From: Polyangiaceae bacterium
GTDB lineage: Bacteria > Myxococcota_A > Polyangia > Polyangiales > Polyangiaceae
DNA length: 64,000 nt
Assembly (NCBI GenBank): GCA_044222475.1
Contig: JBGANF010000007.1
Coordinates: 1 to 64,000, forward strand
Direction: 5' to 3'
Part shown: in pieces, positions 1 to 9,440 of the stretch
Position numbering within the stretch: the first letter of the stretch is position 1
Layout of the letters: the number at the start of each line of letters is the position of its first letter
Notes under the pieces: generated by a model
Told to the model about the DNA's origin: nothing
Databases searched by the model: none
What the model saw: only the letters and a program-made list of their open reading frames with translations
Position numbers and translations under genes: made by a program

Positions 1-1142
1 GCGATCGAAGCTCCGCCGCCGCCGCCCTTGCCGCCCTGCTTGCCGCCGCAGCCGCCGGCACCGCCACCGCCGCCGCCGTTGCCGGAGCCGTCCACGCACG
101 AGAACCCGGTCTGACCGGCCGACCCACCGCCGCCGCCACCCCCGGCGCCCGTTCCACCCGCCGAGCCTTCCTGCCCGTCGGCCGGGATGTACGCCACCTT
201 GCCGGCGTCGAACGTGCCCGCGCCCTTGGCGCCTAGGCCGTCTGCGCCGGCCTCGCCGTCGTTCGCGCCCGTGTCGCCCTTCGTGCCGCTCGCGCCGCTG
301 CAGCCACCGCCGCTGCCGCCAGGCCCGCCGGCCACGTTGAGCGCCGACTTGCCGCCCGCGGCTCCTGCAAAGTTGGGGTCACTCCCGCCCTTGCCGCCGA
401 GCCCGCCTTGCGCGTCGGCGCAGTCCGGGTTCGTCCCCGGCGCGCCGCCATTGCCGGGGCTCGACTGGTTGTCCACTGCGCCCGCGCCGCCTTGCTCGCC
501 GTTCTTGCCGTCGGTGCCCTTCGTGCCGTCCGCGCCGGACGCGCCAGGGAGCCCTTTGCCCGCCGCGAGGACGCACCGGTCCTCGACGAACAGGCTCGTG
601 ACGTCGATCGCGACGAGCACCATCGAGCTCGCGCCCGGCGAGTTGATCGGATCGGACGACTTGACGGTGATGCGGCCGAGCCGCGTCGCGAGCTTCGATC
701 CGCGGAGGACCATCGCCATCTCGGCGCCGTCGATCTCGGTCACGTTGTTGCCGCGTTTCCAGCCCTCTTTCGGCTCGTACCCGCCGTAGATGCCGACGCC
801 ATCGACGAGGTTGAGGGTCTTCGGCTCGGGGTAGACGCCGGACGCCATGATGATCTGCGACTTGGAGAGCTGCTTCGCCTTCTCGATCGCGGTCGACAGC
901 GTGCGCAGGGGCGCCTCGCGCGTGCCGGCCGCGACGTCGTTGCCGCCCGGCGAAACGAAGATCGCGGCGCTCACCGTACCGTCGAGGCCGTCGCCGTTGG
1001 CGTCGGTGTTGTTCTCGTCCGGGATGTCCTCGGCGTTGGGGTTGATGCCGTCGTCACCGCTCACCGCGCAGGCCGCAGCGACGAGACAGACCGAGGAGCC
1101 GAGGAGGAGCCCGCGAAGCGAGGAGAAGATGGAGGTACGCAC
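1..1142 (-). CDS. Gly-rich (PE-PGRS-like) lipoprotein with DUF1565-like N-terminal region; runs off the window start
   Basis: Absent from ORF track (open 3' end). Manual translation from GTG 1142: MRTSIFSSLRGLLLGSSVCLVAAAC (lipobox), IFVSPGGNDVAAGTREAPLRTLSTAI, then long GGxGG repeats; no stop in the window. Confidence 0.8.
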   Translation of the reverse strand, partial: MRTSIFSSLRGLLLGSSVCLVAAACAVSGDDGINPNAEDIPDENNTDANGDGLDGTVSAAIFVSPGGNDVAAGTREAPLRTLSTAIEKAKQLSKSQIIMASGVYPEPKTLNLVDGVGIYGGYEPKEGWKRGNNVTEIDGAEMAMVLRGSKLATRLGRITVKSSDPINSPGASSMVLVAIDVTSLFVEDRCVLAAGKGLPGASGADGTKGTDGKNGEQGGAGAVDNQSSPGNGGAPGTNPDCADAQGGLGGKGGSDPNFAGAAGGKSALNVAGGPGGSGGGCSGASGTKGDTGANDGEAGADGLGAKGAGTFDAGKVAYIPADGQEGSAGGTGAGGGGGGGSAGQTGFSCVDGSGNGGGGGGAGGCGGKQGGKGGGGGASI

Positions 1143-1166
1143 AGCTTCAGGGTTCCTGAAGCGGTT

Positions 1167-1589
1167 TCACCCTGCAAGTACTTTCGAGGGCTCCGCGATG
1201 AGCTCTAACCCACCTTGGAGCACTCCTTTCGTCGCCAGGATCTGATCGGCGGCGGCCTGGATTTCGTCGGCGCGGCCGCGAAGAACGATGACCTCGAGGC
1301 AGAGATCGTGGTCGAGGTGGACGTGGAGCGTCGAGCGCACCTTCTCCCCCAGATCGTGCTGAACCTGGGTCAGCTTCTCGGACAGCTCGCGCACGTGGTG
1401 GTCGTAGACGAGGGTCAGCGTCGCCACGCAGCGGGCCTTGGACTTCGCCTTCGCGCGCGTCACCTCGGCGCGGACGAGATCGCGCAACACCTCGGAGCGC
1501 GACGACCGGCGCTCCTCGACGAGCTTGTCGAGCTCCCCGAGGAGTCGATCCTCCATCGCCACTCCGAACCGAACGAGGCTGCCCTTCAT
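1167..1589 (-). CDS. nikR: Nickel-responsive transcriptional regulator NikR
   Basis: 3' part of ORF 1167..2729: ribbon-helix-helix (LVRFGVAM...SRSEVLRDLVR), YDHH and STLHVHLDHDLCLEVIVLRG Ni-binding signature. Confidence 0.93.
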   Translation of the reverse strand: MKGSLVRFGVAMEDRLLGELDKLVEERRSSRSEVLRDLVRAEVTRAKAKSKARCVATLTLVYDHHVRELSEKLTQVQHDLGEKVRSTLHVHLDHDLCLEVIVLRGRADEIQAAADQILATKGVLQGGLELIAEPSKVLAG

Positions 1590-1628
1590 CGCGTGTCGAA
1601 AGGTACCGTGTGCTAGCCTGCGCCCGCC

Positions 1629-2702
1629 ATGCGTTTCGTCGATTCGTGCGAGGTCCGCATCGTGGCGGGCGCGGGGGGCAACGGCAGCGTCGCGTTCCGT
1701 CGCGAGAAGTACATCCCCCACGGCGGACCGGCGGGCGGCGACGGCGGCAAAGGCGGCGACGTCGTGTTCGTCACCGACCCCGGGATGTCGACCCTGCTCG
1801 ACCTCGCCTATCAACACACGCTCGCGGCCAAGCGCGGGCAGCACGGCATGGGCAAGGACTGCTACGGCAAGGCCGCGCCCGACCTCGAGGTGCGAGTCCC
1901 CGTCGGCACGCAGGTCATCGATCGCGAGACCGGCAAGCTCCTGTTCGATCTCGTCGAGCCGAACGTCCGCACCGTCGTCGCGCGCGGCGGCAAAGGCGGG
2001 CGCGGCAACATGCACTTCGCGACCGCGTACGATCGCGCTCCGCGCCGCGCCGAAGCCGGGGAGCCCGGCACCGAGATCTCGGCGAGGCTCGAGCTCAAGG
2101 TCATGGCGGACGTCGGCCTGCTCGGCTTTCCCAACGTGGGAAAGTCGACGTTCGTGTCCGCCGTCTCGCGCGCACGCCCGAAGGTCGCCGACTATCCGTT
2201 CACGACGCTCACTCCGCACCTCGGGGTCGTCACGGCGGACGGCGAGCGGCACTTCGTCGTCGCGGACATCCCCGGGTTGATCCCCGGCGCGGCCGAGGGC
2301 GCGGGCCTCGGCATCCAGTTCTTGAAGCACGTCGAGCGAACGCGCGCGCTCCTCCACCTCGTCACGCTCGATCCGGGGCCGGGGCGCGATCCGGTCAAGG
2401 ACTACGTCGCCTTGATGAAGGAGCTCGCAGCGTTCAGCCCCGAGCTCGCGAAGCGCCCGCAGGTCGTCGCCATGTCGAAGGCCGACATCCCCGAGGTGCG
2501 CGAGATCTTTCCGAAGGTGAAGAGCGCGTTCAAGCGCAAGAAGATCGACATCCGCCTGATCTCGGCGGCGACCGGCGAAGGCATCCGCGAGCTCCTCTTC
2601 GCGCTCGCGAAGGTCGTCTACGCGCCGCCGAAGAAGGCTGCGCCGCCGAAGAAGCCGACGAAGAAGGTTGCTCCGAAGAAGAAGCCGACGAAGAAGCGAT
2701 GA
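1629..2702 (+). CDS. obgE: GTPase ObgE/CgtA
   Basis: FVD...GAGGNG..FRREKY.PHGGP.GGDGG Obg domain; GFPNVGKST, YPFTTL, DIPGLI; Lys-rich tail. Confidence 0.97.
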   Translation: MRFVDSCEVRIVAGAGGNGSVAFRREKYIPHGGPAGGDGGKGGDVVFVTDPGMSTLLDLAYQHTLAAKRGQHGMGKDCYGKAAPDLEVRVPVGTQVIDRETGKLLFDLVEPNVRTVVARGGKGGRGNMHFATAYDRAPRRAEAGEPGTEISARLELKVMADVGLLGFPNVGKSTFVSAVSRARPKVADYPFTTLTPHLGVVTADGERHFVVADIPGLIPGAAEGAGLGIQFLKHVERTRALLHLVTLDPGPGRDPVKDYVALMKELAAFSPELAKRPQVVAMSKADIPEVREIFPKVKSAFKRKKIDIRLISAATGEGIRELLFALAKVVYAPPKKAAPPKKPTKKVAPKKKPTKKR

Positions 2703-3730
2703 GCGAGAAGACGGAAGAGCCGACGCCACAGCGGCTCCGCAAGGCTCGCGAGGACGGCGACAGCGGCGTCAGCGTCCAAGCGGCGACCGCGGTCGGCTTC
2801 CTCGTCGCCGTCGCGCTCGTGCCGGCCGCGGTGGTCGCGCTCGCGGAGCGATCCGCGTCTTTGCTGCGCGGCGCGATCGAGCGCGCAGGAGACGCGTCTC
2901 CGGCGACGCCGAGCGCCGAGGCGCTCCTCCCGTCCGTCGTGTGGCTCGTCGCTCCGGTGCTCGTCGCCGCCGGCGCGACCTCGGCGATCGTCCAGTTCGT
3001 CCAAGCGGGCGGATCGTTCGCAACCAGGAAACTCGGGCCGCGCCTGGACCGACTGGACCTCGTGCAAGGCGCGAAGAACCTCGTCTCGACCACCCGCCTG
3101 TTCGCCGTGCTTCGGGCGCTCCTCTTCGGCGGCGTGATCCTCTACCTGACGTACGGCACGCTGCGGGCGGGCGCGGCGGACCTCGCTCACGTCGCCGGGC
3201 GCCTCGCGTACGTGGGGGCCGTGGCCGGCGCGCTGGGAGGAGCGCTCGCGCGTCGCGCCGCGCTGGTGGGTCTGGCGCTGGGCGCGATCGATCTCTTCGT
3301 CACCCGTCGGCAGTGGCTCTCGCGGCTCAAGATGAGCAAGGAGGAGATCAAGCGGGAGCACAAGGAGAGCGAGGGCGACCCGCAGCTCAAGGCGGCGCGC
3401 GAGCGTGCTCACCACGAGATGCTGGCGTCGGCGGCGGTGGCCAACGTGAAGAACGCGACGGTCGTCGTCGTGAACCCGACGCACCTCGCGTGCGCGCTGC
3501 GCTACGAAGCCGAAGAGGGAGACGCGGCGCCGGTCGTCGTGGCGACCGGCGAGGGCGATCTGGCGAAGCGCATCGTGGAGGCGGCGCGCGCGTACGGGGT
3601 CCCGGTGCTGCGCGACGTGCCGCTGGCGAGGGCGCTGATCGAATTGGAGGTCGGGGGAGAAATTCCCGAGGATCTCTACGAGGCGGTCGCGGAGATCCTG
3701 AGAGAGGCGTACGCGTCGCCGCGGGAGTGA
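2699..3730 (+). CDS. EscU/YscU/HrcU (SctU)/FlhB-family export apparatus switch protein
   Basis: MSEKTEEPTPQRLRKAREDG N-terminus, hydrophobic TM segments, LKMSKEEIKREHKESEGDPQLK, NPTH autocleavage motif, PLARAL...IPEDLYEAVAEIL; ATGA overlap with obgE stop. Confidence 0.92.
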   Translation: MSEKTEEPTPQRLRKAREDGDSGVSVQAATAVGFLVAVALVPAAVVALAERSASLLRGAIERAGDASPATPSAEALLPSVVWLVAPVLVAAGATSAIVQFVQAGGSFATRKLGPRLDRLDLVQGAKNLVSTTRLFAVLRALLFGGVILYLTYGTLRAGAADLAHVAGRLAYVGAVAGALGGALARRAALVGLALGAIDLFVTRRQWLSRLKMSKEEIKREHKESEGDPQLKAARERAHHEMLASAAVANVKNATVVVVNPTHLACALRYEAEEGDAAPVVVATGEGDLAKRIVEAARAYGVPVLRDVPLARALIELEVGGEIPEDLYEAVAEILREAYASPRE

Positions 3731-3731
3731 G

Positions 3732-4769
3732 TCACGGTCTCCGCACGGCGGACAAATCAGGCGAGCTGAACCGCCCATATCCCACCAACGCCGACTGCAG
3801 CCGCGCCGCCCCCTCTTGATGACCGATGCTGCTGTACAGCTTCGCGAGGAACGCGATGCACGCCGCCTGCGATTTTCGATCGTCCGCTTCGCGGGCTCGC
3901 GCCACCGCGTCGAGCGCTTCGAGGAGCGCGTCGTCGGGGCGGCCGGCCGTCGCCAAAGCGAACGCCAGCGCGAGTGACGCCTGACACCGAACGCTCGGCG
4001 GCTCGGACTCGGCGAGCATGCGGTTCTTGCGCAGGGCCCGAAGTGCCTCACCGATCTGTCCGGCCGACAAGCGCGCGATCGCGCGCATGCGATCCGCGAG
4101 GGCGTCGTGCTCGCCGGTCGCGCGGAGCCCCTCGCTGAGCCGCTGGAGCGAACGCGCGTTGCCCGAGAGCAGCGCCTGGCGCGTGAGGTCGACCATCCGA
4201 CGAGCGAACTCCTCCGGCTCGGCGTCCTGCATGCCCACGGCGGGGTCCGACTCGCGGTCCGGCTCGAGCGCCGTGAGACCGAGCGGCGCGCGCTCCGAGA
4301 CGAAGCTGCTCTGCCACGGCGTGTCGAGATCGAGCTCGAGCCCGCGAATCTCGAGTCCGGCGTCGCTCCCGATGCGCACGCCCGAGGTGGAGAGCTCGCC
4401 CCGCTCGACGGCGCCGAGCGTCTCGTCGACGAGGACTTGTCCCGCGTCGGCGATACGCGCCAGCGTGAGGGCGCGGAGCAGCGGCTCTCCCCACGCGAGC
4501 GTCGCGCGGCCTTCCGTCGCGAGGGGCTCGAGGGATCCCTCGGCGACGCCGCACGCCCACTTGTACGCCGGCGGCGACGACGCGTCGTCGAGGCTGACGG
4601 CGAGCGTGATCGCCTCGTCGACCGCGTCGAGGTCCCACGCGAACGCGAGCGTGGTGGCGCTCCACGAGACGAGCGCCGCCCCGAGAGCTTCGGCGCGACG
4701 CGTGAGCGCGCGCGCCCGCTCGAGGTAGCCCACGTTCGCGGTTCGCAGCGCGGCCGCCGACGCTTGCAT
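3732..4769 (-). CDS. Hypothetical protein; degenerate class III nucleotide-cyclase-like N-domain plus helical/TPR-like C-domain
   Basis: WACGVAEG...WGEPLLRALTLARIADAGQVLVDETL resembles the cyclase C-terminal pattern; start uncertain (4769 or 4811). Confidence 0.6.
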   Translation of the reverse strand: MQASAAALRTANVGYLERARALTRRAEALGAALVSWSATTLAFAWDLDAVDEAITLAVSLDDASSPPAYKWACGVAEGSLEPLATEGRATLAWGEPLLRALTLARIADAGQVLVDETLGAVERGELSTSGVRIGSDAGLEIRGLELDLDTPWQSSFVSERAPLGLTALEPDRESDPAVGMQDAEPEEFARRMVDLTRQALLSGNARSLQRLSEGLRATGEHDALADRMRAIARLSAGQIGEALRALRKNRMLAESEPPSVRCQASLALAFALATAGRPDDALLEALDAVARAREADDRKSQAACIAFLAKLYSSIGHQEGAARLQSALVGYGRFSSPDLSAVRRP

Positions 4770-4812
4770 TCGGCAGCAGACCACGATCTGCGGCGAGTCT
4801 CGAAAGCGCACG

Positions 4813-5517
4813 CTACACGCGGATGCGCTTCTTCAACGCCGCCAGGTCTTCGTCGACCTCGCTGTCCCCCTTGGATTTTCCGCCGCTGATGCCGTGCTCG
4901 AGATCGCGGAACTTCGCCTCGAGATCCTGTCGCTCGGTCGTGCCGAGCGCGTCTTCGACCTCGGCCATGGCCGAGTTCTCGGCTTCGCGGCCCTCGATCT
5001 TGTCCTCGAGCTCGCGGAAGTTCGCGAACGCGCTGCTGCCGCCCTTGGCCCCGAGACCTTCGGCGCCGCCGCCGGCCTTCGCCTGCCCGGCCCGCGCCGC
5101 GATCGTCGATTTGCGGAGCTTCACCTCTTCGAGCTTCTGCTCCATGCGCTCGAGCTCGGCCTTCATCTCGAGGGCCTGGTTGCGCGCCTCGGAGCGCGCC
5201 TTCTCGGTGAGCTCGACCTCTTTCATCGCGCGACGCTTCTGCTTCAGCGCTTCGCGCGCCAACGCCTCGTCACCACCCTTGAGGGCGAGCTCGGCACGCT
5301 TGTCCCACCGCTCGACGTCGGCGTTTCCGTCGTCGAGCTTCTTGCGGAGCTGCTTCTCGGCCGCGACCGCGGAGATGACCTCTTGGCGCGCCGCCTTCAG
5401 CTGCTCCCCCATCTCTTCGACGTTGAGCTCGAGGAGCTTCTTGTCGTCCTCCGCCTTGTCGAGGAGCGAGTTGAAGTTCGACGAAATGACCTTGCCCATC
5501 CGATCAAAAATGCCCAT
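4813..5517 (-). CDS. pspA: PspA/IM30 family protein
   Basis: MGIFDRMGKVISSNFNSLLDKAED, long coiled coil, AELAL..G.E.LAREAL, C-terminal EDLAALKK. Confidence 0.93.
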   Translation of the reverse strand: MGIFDRMGKVISSNFNSLLDKAEDDKKLLELNVEEMGEQLKAARQEVISAVAAEKQLRKKLDDGNADVERWDKRAELALKGGDEALAREALKQKRRAMKEVELTEKARSEARNQALEMKAELERMEQKLEEVKLRKSTIAARAGQAKAGGGAEGLGAKGGSSAFANFRELEDKIEGREAENSAMAEVEDALGTTERQDLEAKFRDLEHGISGGKSKGDSEVDEDLAALKKRIRV

Positions 5518-5604
5518 CGTGCGCGGTGTCTCCCTATCGCTGTGGGGTAGCTGTTGGATAGGGTAACGACGGGCTAGCCCAATTGCCACCAGCAGGAGGC
5601 GAAC

Positions 5605-5781
5605 ATGGCGGAGTGCAAAGAGTGTGGGGACGAGGTGGACGCGCTCGTGAGCGTCAAGGTCGACGGCAAGGTGCGGAAGCTCTGCCAGGACTGCGCCGAC
5701 CGCGCCCGTGAAGCCGCTGAAATCGCAGAGGAAAGCGAGTCAGTCGTCCAGTCGATGATGGGCTTCAAGGGCCGCCGATAG
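5605..5781 (+). CDS. 58-aa CxxC...CxxC (zinc-ribbon-like) small protein
   Basis: Below ORF-track cut-off. AGGAGG SD upstream of ATG 5605; MAECKECGDEVDALVSVKVDGKVRKLCQDCADRAREAAEIAEESESVVQSMMGFKGRR*. Confidence 0.85.
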   Translation: MAECKECGDEVDALVSVKVDGKVRKLCQDCADRAREAAEIAEESESVVQSMMGFKGRR

Positions 5782-5798
5782 CGCGCCTACATGTAGGT

Positions 5799-7733
5799 TC
5801 ACTCGTCGAGCTCGAGGATCGACGCGTTCTCGAGCATGACGCGCGCGCGCCCTTCGCCCGCCCAGATGGCGACGATGGGAGCGTCGAGGCTCCCGCCGGA
5901 CGCGACCAAGCGCAGGTCGTTCGGTTTGCCGGCGAACAGCGAGTGGTCGCCGCCCGCCCACACCGTACCGGTCGGTGACGTCGCGACGGCGACGAAGTTC
6001 GGGGGTCCGACTCGGGTCGAGAGCTTCTGCACGAGCGCCCCGCCGAGCCCCTGCGCCGTCGCCTCGGGGAGCCACAGGGCAACGCCTTCGCGACCGACGG
6101 CGAGCGCGCCCTGGCCGACGGGAGCGACCGCGGTGAGGTTGGTGGGGGTGACGGACCGCGCGTGAACGACGCCGTGCGTGTCGAGGACGCACGTCGCCCC
6201 GCGCTCGCCGCACGCGACCACGGCGCCGTTCTTCGCGCGCGTGATCGCGAAGAGCGACACGTTGCGACCCACCGGGTACGCGAGCGTGCGCTCGGGCGTG
6301 AAGTGCACGATCGCGCCGTCGCCGTTCGAGAGGCCGACGTCGGTCACGACCTTCGACGACGGGACGCCGCTCGCGAGGACGACCACCGCGAAGAGCAAGC
6401 TCGCCTCGTGGTCGGCGTGTGCCGCGAGGAGCGCGAGCTCTTCGCCGACGTTGATCTCGCGGAACGTCCTCGCGTCGCGGAGGAACGCGCGGCCGTCGAT
6501 GCCGAAGATGAGAGAGTCGACGCCACCAGCGATGAAGCCGGCGAGGCGATCGGTGCCCTGCGGTGCTGCCGCGTGCCCGGCGACGAACTCGAAGCCGCGC
6601 ACCCACTCCGCGTGCATCCCCTTCGGGAGCGGCCGCCCGGCCCACGCGCCGCCGGCCCACTTCGCGAGCCCGGTGGGGCCGACCGCCATCGCGCTCGTCC
6701 CGGCCGGAGCGAAGCGCGCGTACCGGACCATCTTGTCCGCGATTCGGCCGGCGACGACGCGAAACGGCGACTTCGGCGCGTGGACCCGCTCCGCCGGGAC
6801 GGCCACGTCTCGCTTGCCCTGCGGCTTGGTCGCTGGAGCGACCGACGGCTTCTGCGCCGGCGCGAGCGATGGCAGCCGACGCGTCTCGCGTTGGCCCCCG
6901 AACGGGACGAGCGCCGCGATGAAGTCGTCGGCGGTGGCGAAGCGCGCATCCGGGTCCTTCGCGAGCGAGCGCTCGACGATCTTCACGAGCTCGATGTCGA
7001 GGTCGGGCGCCACCGCGGAGAGCGGGATCGGAGGCTGCTTTCGGATCGCATAGAGGAGCGCGCTCGTCGTCGGTCCGTCGAATGGCCGCCGCCCACTGAG
7101 TGCATAATACAACGATATTCCGGCGGCGTAGAGATCCATGCGCGAGTCCGCCGCGCCGCCGGCGGCTTGCTCCGGCGACATGTACGCGGGCGTACCGACG
7201 ACGTATCCGGTCTGTGTGTTGGCGAACCGCTTCTGAGAGTCGAGCGGCTTGGCGAATCCGAAGTCGAGGACCTTCACGAGCTCGATCACCGGCGACGGAT
7301 CGCAGACGAAGATGTTCTCGGGTTTGACGTCGCGATGAACGATGCGCGCACGGTGCGCAGCGGAGAGCGCCGCGAGGACCTGCGAGATGAAGCCGACGGC
7401 GCGCGACGGGACGAGCGGCCCCTCGGATCGCACCATCGTCGAGAGCGCTCGACCGCGCAGGAGCTCCATGACGATGAACGGCGGCTCGTTCTCGTTGGCC
7501 TCGAAGTCGATGATCTGAACGATGTTCGGGTGCGCGAGGCTCGCCGCCGCCTGCGCCTCTTGACGAAATCGCGCCAGGTCGGCCGCGTCGCGGTGGCTCT
7601 CGTGGAGGACCTTGATCGCCACCAGGCGCTGCAGATCTCGCTGCTGGGCTTCGTACACCGCGCCCATGCCGCCGGTGCCGAGGAGGCGAAGCACCTCGTA
7701 ACGACCCCCCAGAACGCGGCCGAGCAACGACAT
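5799..7733 (-). CDS. Ser/Thr protein kinase with C-terminal beta-propeller-like region
   Basis: GTGGMG, VAIK, HRDVKPEN, DFG, GTPAYMSPEQ. Confidence 0.93.
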   Translation of the reverse strand: MSLLGRVLGGRYEVLRLLGTGGMGAVYEAQQRDLQRLVAIKVLHESHRDAADLARFRQEAQAAASLAHPNIVQIIDFEANENEPPFIVMELLRGRALSTMVRSEGPLVPSRAVGFISQVLAALSAAHRARIVHRDVKPENIFVCDPSPVIELVKVLDFGFAKPLDSQKRFANTQTGYVVGTPAYMSPEQAAGGAADSRMDLYAAGISLYYALSGRRPFDGPTTSALLYAIRKQPPIPLSAVAPDLDIELVKIVERSLAKDPDARFATADDFIAALVPFGGQRETRRLPSLAPAQKPSVAPATKPQGKRDVAVPAERVHAPKSPFRVVAGRIADKMVRYARFAPAGTSAMAVGPTGLAKWAGGAWAGRPLPKGMHAEWVRGFEFVAGHAAAPQGTDRLAGFIAGGVDSLIFGIDGRAFLRDARTFREINVGEELALLAAHADHEASLLFAVVVLASGVPSSKVVTDVGLSNGDGAIVHFTPERTLAYPVGRNVSLFAITRAKNGAVVACGERGATCVLDTHGVVHARSVTPTNLTAVAPVGQGALAVGREGVALWLPEATAQGLGGALVQKLSTRVGPPNFVAVATSPTGTVWAGGDHSLFAGKPNDLRLVASGGSLDAPIVAIWAGEGRARVMLENASILELDE

Positions 7734-7769
7734 CGGCGACGGAGCATAGCCGAAGCGCGGCGGCGCTGC

Positions 7770-9440
7770 TCAGCGCGGCTCGAGCGTGACGAGCACCTGG
7801 ACGATGCCTTCGCCCGACAACCGGCCCCCCTTGTCGGAGACCTCTTTGAACGCGCCCGCCACGCACTGGGCGACGATCTTGTCGCCTTTGTTTCCGGGCG
7901 CGATGTGGGCGATGCCGATCTCTCCCTCGTTGACGAGGAGCTCGACGAGAACGGTGGCGGGCGTGCCGATGGGGCGGCAGAGCTGGGCGCGCGGGCTGAC
8001 GGCGCGGCTGAAGGTGGCGAGGGACGCGTCGGTGATGTGGTTCGTGACGCTCGGGACCGCGGTGAACGTGATGCCACGCGCGCGGGGCAAGGCGGCGGCT
8101 CCCGCGTCGGTGCCGGCGGACGGGGCGCCCGGAGCATCACCGGCGGGGTCGAACGGGAGCGGACCGACGGCGGTGACGTGCTCCGCCTCGTGCGACTCCA
8201 TCGTGCTGTCCTTCTTCTCTCGCGTGTCGCGGACGCTCGCGGTGGTCGCGCCGCTGCCGCTCCCGCTGTTGCTCTTCAAGTAGAAGAACGCGGCGGCCGC
8301 GCCGGACGAGACGAGGAGCAGGCCGCCGACGATCGCGAGGATCAAGCCGAAGCGCGACTTCGACTCGCTGCTCCGGAGCGTCGTTCGGGCGACCGGGGGC
8401 GGGTTGCTCTTCAGCGTCGAGTGGATCGGCGGATCGGTGCGGGCGATCGCGGCGTGTTGTTCTTGGGGAACGAGCGGCGGCAGCGGGAGACGTACGTCGC
8501 GAACGTCGCGAACGTCCATGGTCGCGTCCAGCCCCGGCGACGCGGGAGCCATGCTCGCCGACACCGACATGCGAAGAGCGTCGGCGAACGCCCTCGCGGT
8601 GGGCCAGCGGGCGTCGCGGTCGCGCGCGAGCCCGCGATCGATCACCTCGGCGAGGGTCGCCGGGACGTGCGGCGCGACCGACTTGAGCGGCGGCGGGCGG
8701 TCGAACCGGACCTTCACGACGAAGTCTTCGTAGCTGTTCGCGAGGATCGGAAGACGCCCGGCGAGCATCTCGTAGAGGGTCGCCGCGACCGCGTAGACGT
8801 CGGCCCGGGGGTCGGCGTTGGCCGCGTCACCGAAGAGCTCGGGCGCCATGTAGCCGGGCGTGCCCATCGCGGTACCGGGGAGCGTGCCCGATGCCTGACC
8901 GGGAGCGACGATCTTGCTCACGCCGAAATCGAGCAGCTTCGCGACCGGGTTGCCGGCGTCATCGTGGGTGACGAGGACGTTCGGGGGCTTCACGTCGCGG
9001 TGGACGATGCCTTTGGCGTGAGCCGCCTCGAGGCCTTCGAGCATCTGCGACGCCAGGCGCACGGCGTGAGCGACCGGGAGCGTGCGACCGTGGAGCATGC
9101 TCTCGAGCGTGGCGCCCGGGGTGAGCTCCATGACGAGGAACGCTTCGCCGGTCTCCGCCCGGCCGCAGTCGAGCACTCGTACCACGTTGGGATGATTCAC
9201 CGCGGCCATCGCTCGCGCTTCGGCGAGCCAGCGCTCGACCCCTTGGGTCGTGCCCTGCTGGCGCTGGAGCACCTTCACCGCGACGGCCTGCTCGGTGTGG
9301 ACGTGGCGCGCGCGGTAGACCGTCGCGAACGCGCCGCTGCCGAGCACCCCGAGAAGCTCGTACCGGTCGAGCGTGCGAGGAAGCGGCTCGGTGCTCGGCT
9401 CGAAGCTCGACGCAACCGAGGGGCCCTGAGACGACGACAT
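7770..9440 (-). CDS. Membrane-anchored Ser/Thr protein kinase
   Basis: GSGAFA, VAVK, HRDVKPPN, DFG, GTPGYMAPE; TM FGLILAIVGGLLLV; start placed at MSSSQG downstream of a TATCTT box. Confidence 0.92.
   Translation of the reverse strand: MSSSQGPSVASSFEPSTEPLPRTLDRYELLGVLGSGAFATVYRARHVHTEQAVAVKVLQRQQGTTQGVERWLAEARAMAAVNHPNVVRVLDCGRAETGEAFLVMELTPGATLESMLHGRTLPVAHAVRLASQMLEGLEAAHAKGIVHRDVKPPNVLVTHDDAGNPVAKLLDFGVSKIVAPGQASGTLPGTAMGTPGYMAPELFGDAANADPRADVYAVAATLYEMLAGRLPILANSYEDFVVKVRFDRPPPLKSVAPHVPATLAEVIDRGLARDRDARWPTARAFADALRMSVSASMAPASPGLDATMDVRDVRDVRLPLPPLVPQEQHAAIARTDPPIHSTLKSNPPPVARTTLRSSESKSRFGLILAIVGGLLLVSSGAAAAFFYLKSNSGSGSGATTASVRDTREKKDSTMESHEAEHVTAVGPLPFDPAGDAPGAPSAGTDAGAAALPRARGITFTAVPSVTNHITDASLATFSRAVSPRAQLCRPIGTPATVLVELLVNEGEIGIAHIAPGNKGDKIVAQCVAGAFKEVSDKGGRLSGEGIVQVLVTLEPR

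Noticed and set aside
2626..2699. CCGAAGAAG-type DNA repeats at the obgE 3' end
   Set aside because: They simply encode a Lys/Pro-rich tail; variable Obg C-termini are common.
1167..3730. Apparent long fusions in the ORF track (520-aa NikR ORF, 706-aa FlhB ORF; also 58522..61752, 58540..61734, 56957..59200, 34065..36689)
   Set aside because: The N-terminal extensions overlap other genuine genes; internal starts give normal-length proteins.
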